A DNA stretch of 64,000 bases from a delta proteobacterium ML8_F1 (GTDB lineage Bacteria > Bacillota > Clostridia > Peptostreptococcales > Acidaminobacteraceae): contig LQBE01000019.1 of NCBI GenBank assembly GCA_002029975.1, positions 444-64,443 on the forward strand. The letters run 5' to 3'. Positions 1 to 10,372 of the stretch are shown piece by piece (position 1 is the stretch's first letter; each line of letters starts with the position of its first letter). Made by a program: the position numbers and the translations under genes. The notes under the pieces were generated by a model. That model had not been told where the DNA came from. It made no database searches and saw only the letters and a program-made list of their open reading frames with translations.

Positions 1-1134
1 GAAAGAATTACACGGTTTGATCCGGAGGATTCCCTGGTCAAAATTGCGGCAGAGGTAAAGGGTTTTGATCCTTTGGACTACATGAACAAGAAGGATATCA
101 AGCGAATGGACCTGTTTACCCAGTATGGGGTGGCAACTGCCAGAATAGCCCTTAAGGACTCAGGTATCAATCCACAAAAAGTTGACATGACCCGTTTCGG
201 TGTGCTTTTCGGTTCTGGGGTCGGGGGTATCGAGACCTTTGAAAATGAAACCCGGAAATTCCTTGAAAAGGGATCCGGAAGGGTCAGTCCCTTTTTCATC
301 CCCATGATGATTGCCAATATCGCTTCGGGGCAGATTTCAATTGCCACAGGGGCAAAGGGACCCAATGCCACAGTGGTCACCGCCTGTGCCTCCTCCACCC
401 ATGCCATCGGCGACGCCTTTCGGATTGTCCAGCGGGGGGATGCGGACTTGATGTTCGCCGGAGGATCAGAGGCCGCCATCACGCCTCTGGCCATCGCAGG
501 CTTCAGCTCCATGAAGGCCCTGTCGACAAGGAATGATGAACCCTCAAAGGCCTCGAGACCCTTTGACAAGGACCGGGATGGTTTCATCATGGGAGAGGGC
601 TCAGGAATGCTGATTCTTGAGGAGTATGGCCACGCTGTGAAGCGGGGGGCGAAGATCTACGCTGAAATTGCGGGTTACGGCGCCACGGGTGATGCCTACC
701 ACATCACGTCCCCGGCCCCGGAGGGTGGAGGCGCCATGCGGTCCATGGCCATGGCTGCCAGGGATGCGGGAATTGTCCCCGGCCAGATTGATTACATCAA
801 TGCCCACGGGACTTCAACGCCCCTGAATGATCTTTATGAAACCATGGCCATCAAAGGGCTTTTAAAGGAAGATGCCAGCAGGGTTTCCGTCAGTTCTACG
901 AAATCCATGACAGGACATCTCTTGGGGGCGGCGGGAAGTATCGAGGCCATTGCCTGCATCATGGCGCTTATTGAAGGGACTGTGCCGCCCACAATCAACC
1001 TTGAAAACCCCTCGGAGGGCCTGGACCTGGATTACACGCCAAAGGTGGCAAAAAAGAGATCTCTGACCTATGCCTTGTCAAACTCCCTGGGCTTCGGCGG
1101 TCATAACGGCACCCTGGTCTTCAAAAAAATCTAA
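1..1134 (+). CDS. fabF: 3-oxoacyl-[ACP] synthase II (FabF), N-terminus cut by the window edge
   Basis: Frame 1 is open from nt 1 ([24 protein letters not shown]...). KAS-II hallmarks are present: active-site [28 protein letters not shown] and C-terminal [15 protein letters not shown]. Confidence 0.93.
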   Translation, partial: ERITRFDPEDSLVKIAAEVKGFDPLDYMNKKDIKRMDLFTQYGVATARIALKDSGINPQKVDMTRFGVLFGSGVGGIETFENETRKFLEKGSGRVSPFFIPMMIANIASGQISIATGAKGPNATVVTACASSTHAIGDAFRIVQRGDADLMFAGGSEAAITPLAIAGFSSMKALSTRNDEPSKASRPFDKDRDGFIMGEGSGMLILEEYGHAVKRGAKIYAEIAGYGATGDAYHITSPAPEGGGAMRSMAMAARDAGIVPGQIDYINAHGTSTPLNDLYETMAIKGLLKEDASRVSVSSTKSMTGHLLGAAGSIEAIACIMALIEGTVPPTINLENPSEGLDLDYTPKVAKKRSLTYALSNSLGFGGHNGTLVFKKI

Positions 1135-1165
1135 AAAGCGGGTTTTCCCGCTTTTATTTTTTTTT
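1135..1165 (+). terminator. Intrinsic terminator after fabF
   Basis: Hairpin AAAGCGGG-TTTT-CCCGCTTT followed by a long T-run, immediately after the TAA stop at 1132-1134. Confidence 0.8.
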
Positions 1166-1276
1166 ACCTGTCCAACGCCTTGAGAAAAGGGGTTTTTTTT
1201 GATAAACTGAGTTATCATTCAGACATGTTTTGCGGGAGAAAGGATGCCTGCAAAGCAATTTCCTAAGGAGGACAAG

Positions 1277-1960
1277 ATGGTAAGTGAGGATTTAGAGGAT
1301 AAGATCGGTTATTCATTTCACAACGGGAATCTGCTCAGGGAGGCATTGACCCACAGCTCCTTCAAAAATGAAAACAAGGAGTATGGGGGGGATGACAATG
1401 AGCGTCTGGAATTCTTTGGGGATGCCATTTTAAGTTTTGTCGTTACTGAAGCGCTTTTTCAGAATTATTCCGAACAACCCGAGGGTTTTCTGACCAAGGC
1501 CCGGGCTGTCATCGTCTGTGAAGAATCCTTGTACGAGGTTGCTGCGGGTTTGAATCTGGGGAAATACATGAGATTTGGAAAGGGAGAACTGCTCTCGGGG
1601 GGCAAGAAACGCCCTTCAATACTTTCTGATGCACTGGAAGCTCTTTTTGGAGCGATTTATCTGGATTCCGATATTGAAATCGTCAAAAAAATCATCCTGT
1701 CCCTTCTCGACGAAAAAATTGAGCAAGCGGCCACCGGGGCTTTGATGGTGGATTACAAGACCACCCTGCAGGAAAAACTGCAGGAGGGTGGGCAGGTCAT
1801 TATCAGGTATGAAGTCATTGATGAAAAAGGACCGGACCACAACAAGACCTTTGTGACAAGGGTCTATGCCGATGATGTCGCCCTGGGAGTCGGTCAGGGG
1901 AAAACCAAAAAGGAAGCGGAGCAGAATGCCGCTAAAAATGCCATAAAAGAGAGATATTGA
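1277..1960 (+). CDS. rnc: Ribonuclease III
   Basis: RNase III signature NERLEFFGDAIL and a C-terminal dsRBD (DHNKTF...GQGKTKKEAEQNAA). AAGGAGG lies 5 nt upstream of ATG 1277; ATG 1244 is an in-frame alternative. Confidence 0.93.
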   Translation: MVSEDLEDKIGYSFHNGNLLREALTHSSFKNENKEYGGDDNERLEFFGDAILSFVVTEALFQNYSEQPEGFLTKARAVIVCEESLYEVAAGLNLGKYMRFGKGELLSGGKKRPSILSDALEALFGAIYLDSDIEIVKKIILSLLDEKIEQAATGALMVDYKTTLQEKLQEGGQVIIRYEVIDEKGPDHNKTFVTRVYADDVALGVGQGKTKKEAEQNAAKNAIKERY

Positions 1961-1961
1961 A

Positions 1962-2999
1962 ATGAAATTTTACAATATTCCTATTTTCGTGCCCCACATG
2001 GGCTGTCCCCATGAATGCGTGTTTTGCAATCAAAAAATCATTACCAGCACACAGAACGCTGTTGATGAGGCCACCGTCAAAAAAATCATTGAGGAGCATC
2101 TCATGACCATTGATGACGGGGCGGCCGCCATTGAGATCGCGTTTTTTGGCGGCAACTTCACGGGGATACCGGAATCCAGACAGATTGAATATCTCCAGGT
2201 GGCCGGGGACTATGTTTCGAAGGGCAGAGTCAGCGGCATCCGGGTCTCCACCAGACCGGACTACATTGACGAGAAACGGCTCGCCATGCTCAAATCCTAC
2301 GGAGTGAAAACCGTGGAGCTCGGGGTGCAGTCCCTTGATGATGAGGTGCTTGAAGCCTCCCAGAGAGGTCATAGCATTGAAGATGTCATCCGGGCCTCAA
2401 ATCTGATCAAATACTACGGCATGAAACTCGGGCTTCAGATGATGGTGGGACTGCCAAAGGACACCTATTCAAAATCCTACGAAACAGCCCAGAAGATTGC
2501 CAGACTCAAACCGGACTGCGTGCGGATTTATCCCGCCCTGGTCCTGAAGAACACGCAGCTGTGCCGCCTGTACAACCGTGGGGAGTATCAGCCCCTGGAT
2601 GTTGAGACGGCGGTGGAGTACACCAGTGACATTCTTCAGCTCTTTTACCAGCAGGGCATCAATGTCATCCGCGTGGGACTGCATCCCGCTGAAATGCTGC
2701 TTGTGGGTGACAATCTGGTGGCGGGTCCCTTTCACCCTGCCTTTCGGAGTCTGGTGGAATCACGAATGTACCGCCTGTCCATTGAGGAGCATCTGTCGCC
2801 TTTTATGGGAAATGAAATATGCATTCGGGTGAATAACCGGGATCAATCCAATCTGAGGGGAATCCACCGGGAAAATATCCGCTATCTGGAAAAAAAATTT
2901 CCTCAGGTCACCTTCAAAATTGATGCAGCAGACAATATAAAGCGCTACCACTATGAAATCCTCGGAAAGGATTTCAAGGGGATGTACACTATTTTTTAA
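1962..2999 (+). CDS. Radical SAM protein of unknown specificity (ELP3/HemN-like core, no GNAT domain)
   Basis: CPHECVFC (CX3CX2C) at residues 15-22, followed by a TIM-barrel-like region (FFGGNFTG, GVQSLDD). The C-terminal ~100 aa have no motif I recognise. Confidence 0.8.
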   Translation: MKFYNIPIFVPHMGCPHECVFCNQKIITSTQNAVDEATVKKIIEEHLMTIDDGAAAIEIAFFGGNFTGIPESRQIEYLQVAGDYVSKGRVSGIRVSTRPDYIDEKRLAMLKSYGVKTVELGVQSLDDEVLEASQRGHSIEDVIRASNLIKYYGMKLGLQMMVGLPKDTYSKSYETAQKIARLKPDCVRIYPALVLKNTQLCRLYNRGEYQPLDVETAVEYTSDILQLFYQQGINVIRVGLHPAEMLLVGDNLVAGPFHPAFRSLVESRMYRLSIEEHLSPFMGNEICIRVNNRDQSNLRGIHRENIRYLEKKFPQVTFKIDAADNIKRYHYEILGKDFKGMYTIF

Positions 3000-3013
3000 G
3001 ATGAGGTGACAGG

Positions 3014-6000
3014 TTGTTTCTCGAAAAAATTGAACTCAAAGGTTTCAAATCCTTTGCAGAAAGAATACAAATCGACTTCGTCAGCGGAATCACTTGTATT
3101 GTGGGGCCCAACGGCTCGGGCAAAAGCAATATCACTGATGCGGTCCGGTGGGTCCTCGGTGAACAAAAAGCCAGTGTCCTCAGGGGGAAACAGATGCAGG
3201 ACATTATCTTCAGCGGCACGGCCCACCGGAAATTTCTGAATTTTGCAGAAGTGACCCTGTACTTTGACAATGAGTACGGGTATTTTGACATGCCCTTTTC
3301 CCAAATCAGTGTCAAACGTCGTCTTCACCGGTCCGGTGAAAGCGAGTATTTCATCAATGACACCCCCTGTCGGCTGAAGGACGTCAAGGAGCTCTTCATG
3401 GACACGGGAATCGGCACGGACGGCTATTCCATCATCGGACAGGGGGATATTGACAATATTCTCAGTGACAATAAATTCGACCGGCGCCTGATTTTCGAAG
3501 AAGCCGCGGGGATTGTCAAATCAAACACCCAGAAAAACGAATCCCAGCGCAGACTCGACAAGGTTCAGGACAACCTGGACAGGCTTTACGATATTTTTTC
3601 AGAGGTGAAGGAGCGCATCGGTCCCCTGAAGGAAGAAAGTGAAAAGGCCCGGGAGTTTCTGATGATTGAAAAAAAAGTCAAGGACTCCCAGATCAAATAT
3701 CTGATTGATGAATATGACAAGCTCAAGGCGACCATCGAAGCCAAGGAAAAACAGATACAAGCCAGTGGGGAGCAGCTCAAAACAGACCTTGCCCGGCGGG
3801 AAGACCTCAAAAGGAATATGACGGAGCTGGGAGAGAGTCTCAGACAACTCCGGCAAAGGCTTCAGAGCAATAACCAGCGCTACCAGGAGATTGTCAACCA
3901 AGGGGACACCCTCAACATTGAAATCAGTGTCAAGGAAGAACAGATGACCCATCTCGAGGGGACCATCAGGGAGAAAAGCGATACCCTGGACAGTCTCAGG
4001 GAGGAGTATTCAGAGCGTTCTGGAGACCTTGAAGAGAAACAGCGGCTGCTCGAGGAGTTGAAAAGCGGGCTTGAAGAGGATGAGCTTGCTCTGATCAACC
4101 TGCTGGAAAGCCTGGAGGAGCTGGAGGCTTCCCGCAAGCTTTACAGCCTTGACTTAGAACAGCTCAAGGAAGCGTATCATCGACTGGATTCCAGCGTCAA
4201 CCACGATGCGGCAAGCCTCATGACAAGAAAAGCCTCCCTGCAAAAGAACCTTGAGGCCAATCTTGCCAGGCAGGAGCGGCTCAAGATCCTTGAGGAGACT
4301 TCAGACAGGGAACAAAGGGAAATCGACGAGGCGGCCCGGGAGATCACTGCCCTTGAAGGGGTCCTGGGAGAACAACGGGAAAATCTCAGAAAAGATGAAG
4401 CTGAGCGGGAAAAAGTGGAGGATGCCTTAGAGGCCCTCAAAGCCCAAGAGGAGGAGGCCCTTCGACGGTTTTACCGAAAAAACTCGGAAATCGAGCTTTA
4501 TGAAAACATGGCAAAAAATAAAGAGGGTATCGATTCAGGAATGAAACGGATCCTTGCTTATTTGAAGGAAAGGCGCCTTGAAAATAAAATCCTGGGGATT
4601 GTGGCGGACCTTCTTGAAATTCCGGAGGGTTTTGAGGAAGCTTTTGCCGTGGCCCTGGGACGCAGCGTATCCCAGATTGTCACGGAATCCGAGGTGGAAG
4701 CCAAGGAAATCATAGGCCATCTCAAAAGGGACAATATCGGCAGGGCCTCATTCCTGCCCATGCAGTTTCTCAAAGCCACACCCTTTACAGGAAAAGTGAC
4801 GGGGGAGGGTTTTCTGGGCTTTGGACATGAACTGCCCCGGTATGAAAAGAAATATCAAAAGCTTTTTGCCTATCTTCTTGGGAAAACCCTGGTGGTGGAT
4901 ACCCTGGAGCATGGCATTGCCCTGAGCAAGTCTTTGTCGGGCTATCACCGGATTGTCAGCCTTGAAGGGGATCTCATCATCAAAGGAGGCCCCATTACCG
5001 GAGGGGCGAAGACCACCCAGAAGCACCATGTTTTTCAGGTGAAAAGCGCCCTGGAAACCATGAAAAAGGAATTGACGGTTCTTGAGGAGCAAGTCAAGGG
5101 TCATCGAGAGGGTCTTAAAGAAAAAACCGGAATCCTGGAGGCTTGCAACCGCCGGATCAAGGCATCCACCCAGGAGATGCTTAGGGACCGGGAAGCCCTT
5201 CTCAAGCTGAAAATCGAAGTGGAAAATAGTGGGAAGCTCCATGAAAAAACCCTCTCTGAGTACAGACAGCTTCAGGAGACCTTTCAGACCCTTGGTGACG
5301 AAATCGACACGGAAAGGGATGATCTGAACCACCTGGAAATGACTCTCAAAGCTGACAGAGAACAACTGGCGAAGATTGAAGGGGCGCTTCACGACCCGGG
5401 GGAGGATTCAAATCAGGGGGAATCGCTGCTTGCCTTAGAGGGGAAAATCACTGAAAAAAAGGTTGAAATTGCAACTAAAAATGAACAACTTCGCAATACG
5501 ACGGAGAACTGCCGGCTTTTGGAAGCGGCTTCTAAGGAGCAGCAAAGAAAAATCGCTCAAATCGAGGAGTCTCTTGAAATTCTCAGGGAAGAGCTGGTGG
5601 ATCTCAAGGATTTAACGGACCAGAAACGGGAGAATTACGACGGAATCCGTCAAACCCTGCAGGTCTTCAACGAGGAGCAAAAGAAAATTTCCGATGAAAT
5701 TGAAAGCCTTGAAGCCACGAGGCTTGAAAACGAAGCCACGGTGGATCGTCTGACCCTGGAAATCGAGGGCCACAGGGAAACCATCCATGAACTTGAGGTG
5801 GAAAACGCCAAACTCGATGTCAAGAGAACCTCCCTTTCCGGCAATCTGTGGGAGCAACATGAGCTGTCCGTCATCGAGGGGAGACAGCGGATTGCCTCGG
5901 TGGATGAATTCATCACTAAAACGGAGCTGAAGCATCTGAGAAAGCGCATGAAGGAGATTGAGCATGTCAACCTGGCATCCATCGAGGAATACGAGCAGGT

Positions 6001-6580
6001 TCAGGAACGGTTCACCTTCTTGTCGGAACAGATTGAGGACCTGGAACTTTCAAGAAAGGAACTCAAGGGCTTTATCCAAAAGATTGAACGTCAGATGGTC
6101 AGGGATTTCAATGAGACCTTTGAAAGAATCAATCAAGGCTACCAGTACGTATTCAGCGAGCTCTTCGGAGGCGGTTCAGGGGAAATCAGGCTCTCGGAGC
6201 CCGAGGATGTTCTGAACTCCGACATTGAAATTCTGTGTTCCCCACCGGGCAAAAAGCTCCAGAGAATCAATCTCCTCTCCGGCGGGGAGAAGGCGCTGAC
6301 TGCCATTGCCCTTTTGTTCGCGGTCCTCAAGGCCAAACCGACCCCCTTTTGTGTCCTCGATGAAATCGAAGCCGCTCTCGATGATGTCAATGTCTATAAA
6401 TTCGGAAATTTTCTCAAGGATTTTTCAAAGCAGAGCCAATTCATCCTCATCACCCACCGAAAGGGGACCATGGAATACGCCGATACCCTCTATGGGGTGT
6501 CCATGGAGGAATACGGGATTTCAAAACTGATATCCTTGAAACTCACCGACTATGAATTTCAGGAGGCCCTCGATGATTAA
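3014..6580 (+). CDS. smc: Chromosome partition protein SMC
   Basis: 1188 aa, TTG start preceded by GAGGTGA. Walker A GPNGSGKSN, long E/K/L-rich coiled coils, hinge, signature LSGGEKALTAIALLFA and Walker B FCVLDEIEAALD. Confidence 0.96.
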   Translation: MFLEKIELKGFKSFAERIQIDFVSGITCIVGPNGSGKSNITDAVRWVLGEQKASVLRGKQMQDIIFSGTAHRKFLNFAEVTLYFDNEYGYFDMPFSQISVKRRLHRSGESEYFINDTPCRLKDVKELFMDTGIGTDGYSIIGQGDIDNILSDNKFDRRLIFEEAAGIVKSNTQKNESQRRLDKVQDNLDRLYDIFSEVKERIGPLKEESEKAREFLMIEKKVKDSQIKYLIDEYDKLKATIEAKEKQIQASGEQLKTDLARREDLKRNMTELGESLRQLRQRLQSNNQRYQEIVNQGDTLNIEISVKEEQMTHLEGTIREKSDTLDSLREEYSERSGDLEEKQRLLEELKSGLEEDELALINLLESLEELEASRKLYSLDLEQLKEAYHRLDSSVNHDAASLMTRKASLQKNLEANLARQERLKILEETSDREQREIDEAAREITALEGVLGEQRENLRKDEAEREKVEDALEALKAQEEEALRRFYRKNSEIELYENMAKNKEGIDSGMKRILAYLKERRLENKILGIVADLLEIPEGFEEAFAVALGRSVSQIVTESEVEAKEIIGHLKRDNIGRASFLPMQFLKATPFTGKVTGEGFLGFGHELPRYEKKYQKLFAYLLGKTLVVDTLEHGIALSKSLSGYHRIVSLEGDLIIKGGPITGGAKTTQKHHVFQVKSALETMKKELTVLEEQVKGHREGLKEKTGILEACNRRIKASTQEMLRDREALLKLKIEVENSGKLHEKTLSEYRQLQETFQTLGDEIDTERDDLNHLEMTLKADREQLAKIEGALHDPGEDSNQGESLLALEGKITEKKVEIATKNEQLRNTTENCRLLEAASKEQQRKIAQIEESLEILREELVDLKDLTDQKRENYDGIRQTLQVFNEEQKKISDEIESLEATRLENEATVDRLTLEIEGHRETIHELEVENAKLDVKRTSLSGNLWEQHELSVIEGRQRIASVDEFITKTELKHLRKRMKEIEHVNLASIEEYEQVQERFTFLSEQIEDLELSRKELKGFIQKIERQMVRDFNETFERINQGYQYVFSELFGGGSGEIRLSEPEDVLNSDIEILCSPPGKKLQRINLLSGGEKALTAIALLFAVLKAKPTPFCVLDEIEAALDDVNVYKFGNFLKDFSKQSQFILITHRKGTMEYADTLYGVSMEEYGISKLISLKLTDYEFQEALDD

Positions 6581-7490
6581 GAGTTTTTTTGAAAAAGTAA
6601 CCCGGGGTCTGGTCAAAACCAGAACCCAGCTGACTGACCGACTTGACCTGCTCCTCAATCAGTATGGTGAAATCGACGAGGAGCTCCTCGAGGAAATCGA
6701 GGATATCCTGATCAGTGCAGACCTTGGAATGACTACGACCCTTCGGATGATCCAGGACCTCAGAGAGGCCCTGGTTGAGAAAAAAATCAATGACGCCTCA
6801 AGGGTGCTTGAAGTGCTCAAGGAAGTCATGATGCAGCATCTGTCCTTGGAAGCAACGGACCGTCTGGCCTATGATCAAAGGCCTCAGATGCTTCTTATCA
6901 TCGGTGTCAACGGCGTGGGCAAGACCACCACCATCGGGAAACTGGCCCACAAGTTCAAGTCCGGTGGACAATCGGTGCTGCTTGTGGCCGGGGACACCTT
7001 TCGGGCGGCGGCCATCGATCAACTCAAGACCTGGGGCGAGCGGGTGGGGGTGGAGACCATCGCCCAGCAGGCCGGTTCAGATCCGGCTTCTGTGATTTTT
7101 GACGGCATTTCAGCGGCAAAGGCCAGAAATACCGATGTCCTGATCTGTGACACGGCGGGCCGGCTGCACAATAAAAAAAACCTGGTGATGGAGCTGGGGA
7201 AGATTTTCAAGGTCGCCCGAAGAGAGTATCCCGAAGCAAAGCTCGAGGTCCTGCTGGTTCTCGATGCCACTACGGGTCAGAACGCCATCGCCCAGGCGAA
7301 GGCCTTCAAAGAGGTGGCGGATATCACCGGTATCGTGCTGACCAAGCTGGACGGTTCCGCAAAGGGAGGCATTATTTTCGCCGTGAAGGATGAAGTGGGA
7401 ATTCCCGTCAAACTGGTGGGACTGGGGGAAGGCCTCGATGACCTGGAGGATTTTGACGGGGCCGCCTTTGTCAATGCGCTGCTGGGCTAG
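6573..7490 (+). CDS. ftsY: Signal recognition particle receptor FtsY
   Basis: NG domain motifs GVNGVGKTTTIGKLA, DTAGRLH and TKLDGSAKGG. ATG 6573 has AGGAGG 7 nt upstream and overlaps the smc stop; ATG 6552 in the ORF track lacks an SD. Confidence 0.94.
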   Translation: MIKSFFEKVTRGLVKTRTQLTDRLDLLLNQYGEIDEELLEEIEDILISADLGMTTTLRMIQDLREALVEKKINDASRVLEVLKEVMMQHLSLEATDRLAYDQRPQMLLIIGVNGVGKTTTIGKLAHKFKSGGQSVLLVAGDTFRAAAIDQLKTWGERVGVETIAQQAGSDPASVIFDGISAAKARNTDVLICDTAGRLHNKKNLVMELGKIFKVARREYPEAKLEVLLVLDATTGQNAIAQAKAFKEVADITGIVLTKLDGSAKGGIIFAVKDEVGIPVKLVGLGEGLDDLEDFDGAAFVNALLG

Positions 7491-7501
7491 AGCATTTTTT
7501 G

Positions 7502-7530
7502 TTGACAAAACCGGTGGCAGCCTTTAGAAT
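7502..7530 (+). promoter_or_regulatory. SigA-type promoter for ylxM-ffh
   Basis: TTGACA (7502-7507), 17-nt spacer, TAGAAT (7525-7530), in the ftsY-ylxM gap. Confidence 0.65.
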
Positions 7531-7569
7531 AGGGTGTAAAGCAAAAAACCTTTACAGGGTGATTGAAAA

Positions 7570-7914
7570 ATGATGGACAAAAAAATTGACCTGGGGAATC
7601 TTTTCGCCTTTTACGGCGGGATTCTGACGCGCCACCAGCAGCAGATTCTGAAGGCTTATCTCTATGAAGACCACAGTTTAAAGGAAATCAGCGAAAATCA
7701 CAAAATTTCCCGCCAGGGCGTCCATGACAGTATCAGACGCTCAGAGGCCATCCTGATGGACCTGGAGGACAAGCTGGGGCTCTACGCCCTGCAAGAGGCT
7801 CTTGTGAAGCTGAAAATGACCTTTGAAAGTTTCAAAAAGGACCCGTCACAGGAAGAGGGCCTGGCACTCATGGAGCAGCAGCTCCTGGCAATGGAAAAAA
7901 TCTTGGAATCCTAG
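7570..7914 (+). CDS. ylxM: UPF0122 / YlxM small HTH protein (SRP-associated)
   Basis: 114 aa with a sigma-70 region-4-like HTH (LKEISENHKISRQGVHDSIRR). It occupies the conserved position between ftsY and ffh. Confidence 0.85.
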   Translation: MMDKKIDLGNLFAFYGGILTRHQQQILKAYLYEDHSLKEISENHKISRQGVHDSIRRSEAILMDLEDKLGLYALQEALVKLKMTFESFKKDPSQEEGLALMEQQLLAMEKILES

Positions 7915-7925
7915 GAGGTTCTTAA

Positions 7926-9263
7926 GTGGCATTATTTGAAGGATTGTCCGACAAACTCCAGAGTACTTTCAAGCACATCACCGGACAAGGCAAGCTCAAT
8001 GAAAAGACCATCAAGGAAGCGATGAGAGAGGTGAAGCTTGCTCTTTTAGAAGCGGATGTGAATTATAAAATCGTCAAGGATTTCATCAGGGACGTGACAG
8101 AGAAGTCCCTGGGAGAGTCTGTGATGAAAAGTCTGACCCCGGGGCAACAGGTGGTCAAGATTGTCAAAGAAGAGCTCATCACCCTCATGGGGAGCCACAA
8201 TGAAAAGCTCCGTTTCAGCTCCCGGCCTCCCACGGTAATCATGATGGTGGGACTTCAGGGCGCCGGCAAAACCACCACCGCCGGCAAGCTCGGGGCCTTG
8301 CTGAAAAAAGAGGGCAAGAATCCCCTCCTGGTGGCCGGAGACATTTACAGACCTGCCGCCATAGAGCAGCTGAAGGTGGTGGGGGAGGCCCTTTCCCTGC
8401 CGGTGTTTTCCCTCGGAGACAAGACAAGTCCCGTACAAATCGCCACCCAGTCTGTAAAAGAGGCTACAGGCAAGGGTTATGACGTGGTCATCCTGGACAC
8501 GGCGGGGCGCCTGCATCTTGATGAAAATCTGATGAATGAACTCGTGGCCATCAAGGGGGCGGTCCAACCCGATGAAATCCTCCTGGTGGTCGATGCCATG
8601 ACAGGCCAGGATGCCGTGAAGGTGGCGGAGGGTTTTGACAAAGCCCTGGATATTTCAGGTTCCATCCTCACAAAGCTTGATGGAGACACCCGGGGCGGGG
8701 CAGCCTTGTCCCTGAAGGCCGTCACCGGCAAACCCGTCAAATTTGCCGGGACGGGTGAAAAATACACGGAATTTGAAGCCTTCCACCCCGAACGCATGGT
8801 TTCCAGGATTCTCGGCATGGGGGACCTGCTCTCCCTGATTGAAAAGGCTGAGGCCGGCTTTGACGAGGAAAAAGCCAGAAAGCTCACGAAGAAAATGAAA
8901 AACCAGGAGCTGGACCTGGAGGATTTTCTTGAGCAGATGCAGCAGATGCAGAATCTGGGACCCATCGGAGATCTCATGGGAATGATTCCCGGGATGAACA
9001 ACAAGGCCATGAAAAATATCCAGGTGGATGAAAAGGAATTCGTCTTCATGCAGGCCATCATTCAATCCATGACTCCGAAGGAACGCAGAAATCCAGGAAT
9101 CCTCAATGGGTCACGGAAAAAGCGGATTGCCCTTGGCAGCGGAACGGATGTCCCCCGGGTCAACCGCCTGATCAAGCAGTTCGAACAGACCAAAAAGATG
9201 ATCCGGCAAATGGGTCAGATGAAGGGGAAGTTTCCCGGCGGGGGAATGAACCTGCCCTTTTAA
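7926..9263 (+). CDS. ffh: Signal recognition particle protein Ffh (SRP54)
   Basis: GLQGAGKTTTAGKL, DTAGRLH, TKLDGDTRGGAALS and a Met-rich C-terminal M domain. GTG start with TAGGAGG 7 nt upstream. Confidence 0.96.
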   Translation: MALFEGLSDKLQSTFKHITGQGKLNEKTIKEAMREVKLALLEADVNYKIVKDFIRDVTEKSLGESVMKSLTPGQQVVKIVKEELITLMGSHNEKLRFSSRPPTVIMMVGLQGAGKTTTAGKLGALLKKEGKNPLLVAGDIYRPAAIEQLKVVGEALSLPVFSLGDKTSPVQIATQSVKEATGKGYDVVILDTAGRLHLDENLMNELVAIKGAVQPDEILLVVDAMTGQDAVKVAEGFDKALDISGSILTKLDGDTRGGAALSLKAVTGKPVKFAGTGEKYTEFEAFHPERMVSRILGMGDLLSLIEKAEAGFDEEKARKLTKKMKNQELDLEDFLEQMQQMQNLGPIGDLMGMIPGMNNKAMKNIQVDEKEFVFMQAIIQSMTPKERRNPGILNGSRKKRIALGSGTDVPRVNRLIKQFEQTKKMIRQMGQMKGKFPGGGMNLPF

Positions 9264-9324
9264 GCTATTCACACTTGAAATACAGTGATTAGAATATGAT
9301 AAAAATTTTAGGAGGTGCCATAAT

Positions 9325-9588
9325 ATGGCCGTAAAAATCAGATTGAAAAGAATGGGTGCCAAAAAGAAACCCTTTTACAGAATCGTGGTTGCTGACTCAA
9401 GAAGCCCCAGAGATGGCCGGTTCATCGAGGAGATTGGCTACTACAACCCCCTCACGGAGCCCATTGATTTGAAAATCAACACAGAAAGCGCTGTCAAGTG
9501 GTTGAGCGAAGGGGCCCAACCCACGGACACCGTAAGAGAACTGCTTAAAAAGAACGGCGTCTACGAGGCAATCGAAGGGAAGAAGTAG
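9325..9588 (+). CDS. rpsP: 30S ribosomal protein S16
   Basis: [35 protein letters not shown]...; AGGAGG is upstream. Confidence 0.97.
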   Translation: MAVKIRLKRMGAKKKPFYRIVVADSRSPRDGRFIEEIGYYNPLTEPIDLKINTESAVKWLSEGAQPTDTVRELLKKNGVYEAIEGKK

Positions 9589-9617
9589 TCTGAGAAAGGG
9601 CTAATGGAGGTGTCGTG

Positions 9618-9848
9618 ATGGGAGAACTTGTCAAATATATTGCCCAGTCCCTGGTGAACTATCCGGAGCTGGTCGAAATCAAGGAAATCAAAGGCAATCG
9701 AAGCATCACCATCGAGCTGCGGGTTGCACCGGATGACATGGGTAAAATCATAGGAAAACAGGGGAAAATCGCCAAGGCCATCCGCACTGTGGTCAAAGCG
9801 GCGGCAATGAAAGAAGATAAAAAAGTCAATGTTGAAATTATTCAGTAA
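9618..9848 (+). CDS. khpA: KH-domain RNA-binding protein KhpA (YlqC)
   Basis: 76 aa with KH motif GKIIGKQGKIAKAIRTV, in the conserved rpsP-khpA-rimM order. ATG 9618 has better SD spacing than GTG 9615. Confidence 0.88.
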   Translation: MGELVKYIAQSLVNYPELVEIKEIKGNRSITIELRVAPDDMGKIIGKQGKIAKAIRTVVKAAAMKEDKKVNVEIIQ

Positions 9849-9886
9849 ACCCGAAAAAGCCGGGTTTACTGCATGTGGAGCGCCTT

Positions 9887-10372
9887 ATGAAATGGATTAA
9901 AATTGGAAAAATTGTAAATACCAAGGGAGTCAAGGGACAGATGAAAATCTATCCCTATACCAACGAAAAGGAACGCTTTGAAGACTTTTCCCAGCTGTAT
10001 GTCAGGGGTGAGGCGTATCGGATTGAGTCCGTGGCCTATCATAAGAATACCCCCATCATCAAGCTGGAGGGTATCGATACCCCGGAGGCGGTGAATCTTC
10101 TCAAGAATGAGGAGGTGCTGATTCCCTATGATGAAAAACCCGAACTCGAGGCGGACGAGTACCTGATTATGGATCTGATCGGTCTTGAGGTTTATGAGGG
10201 GGAGGCGCTGCTCGGCAGGATTCAGGATGTCATCCAGCAGGGTCCCCAGGACCTTTACGTGGTCAAGGGGACTGGGGGAGAAATTCTGATTCCCGGGGTC
10301 AAGCGTTTTATCAGGGAAGTCAATATTGAAAAAGGCTATATGAAGGTCGCCCTTATTGAGGGAATGCGATGA
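9887..10372 (+). CDS. rimM: 16S rRNA processing protein RimM
   Basis: RimM N-terminal and PRC-barrel pattern (IGKIVNTKGVKGQMKIYPYT...LIPGVKRFIREVNIEKGYMKV). GGAG lies 6 nt upstream of ATG 9887. Confidence 0.9.
   Translation: MKWIKIGKIVNTKGVKGQMKIYPYTNEKERFEDFSQLYVRGEAYRIESVAYHKNTPIIKLEGIDTPEAVNLLKNEEVLIPYDEKPELEADEYLIMDLIGLEVYEGEALLGRIQDVIQQGPQDLYVVKGTGGEILIPGVKRFIREVNIEKGYMKVALIEGMR

Noticed and set aside
9845-9869. A 9-bp hairpin GTAAACCCG-N7-CGGGTTTAC overlapping the khpA stop codon.
   Set aside because: It has no following T-tract, and rimM starts 18 nt later. It is probably a minor mRNA structure or a weak attenuator, and there is not enough evidence for a feature call.
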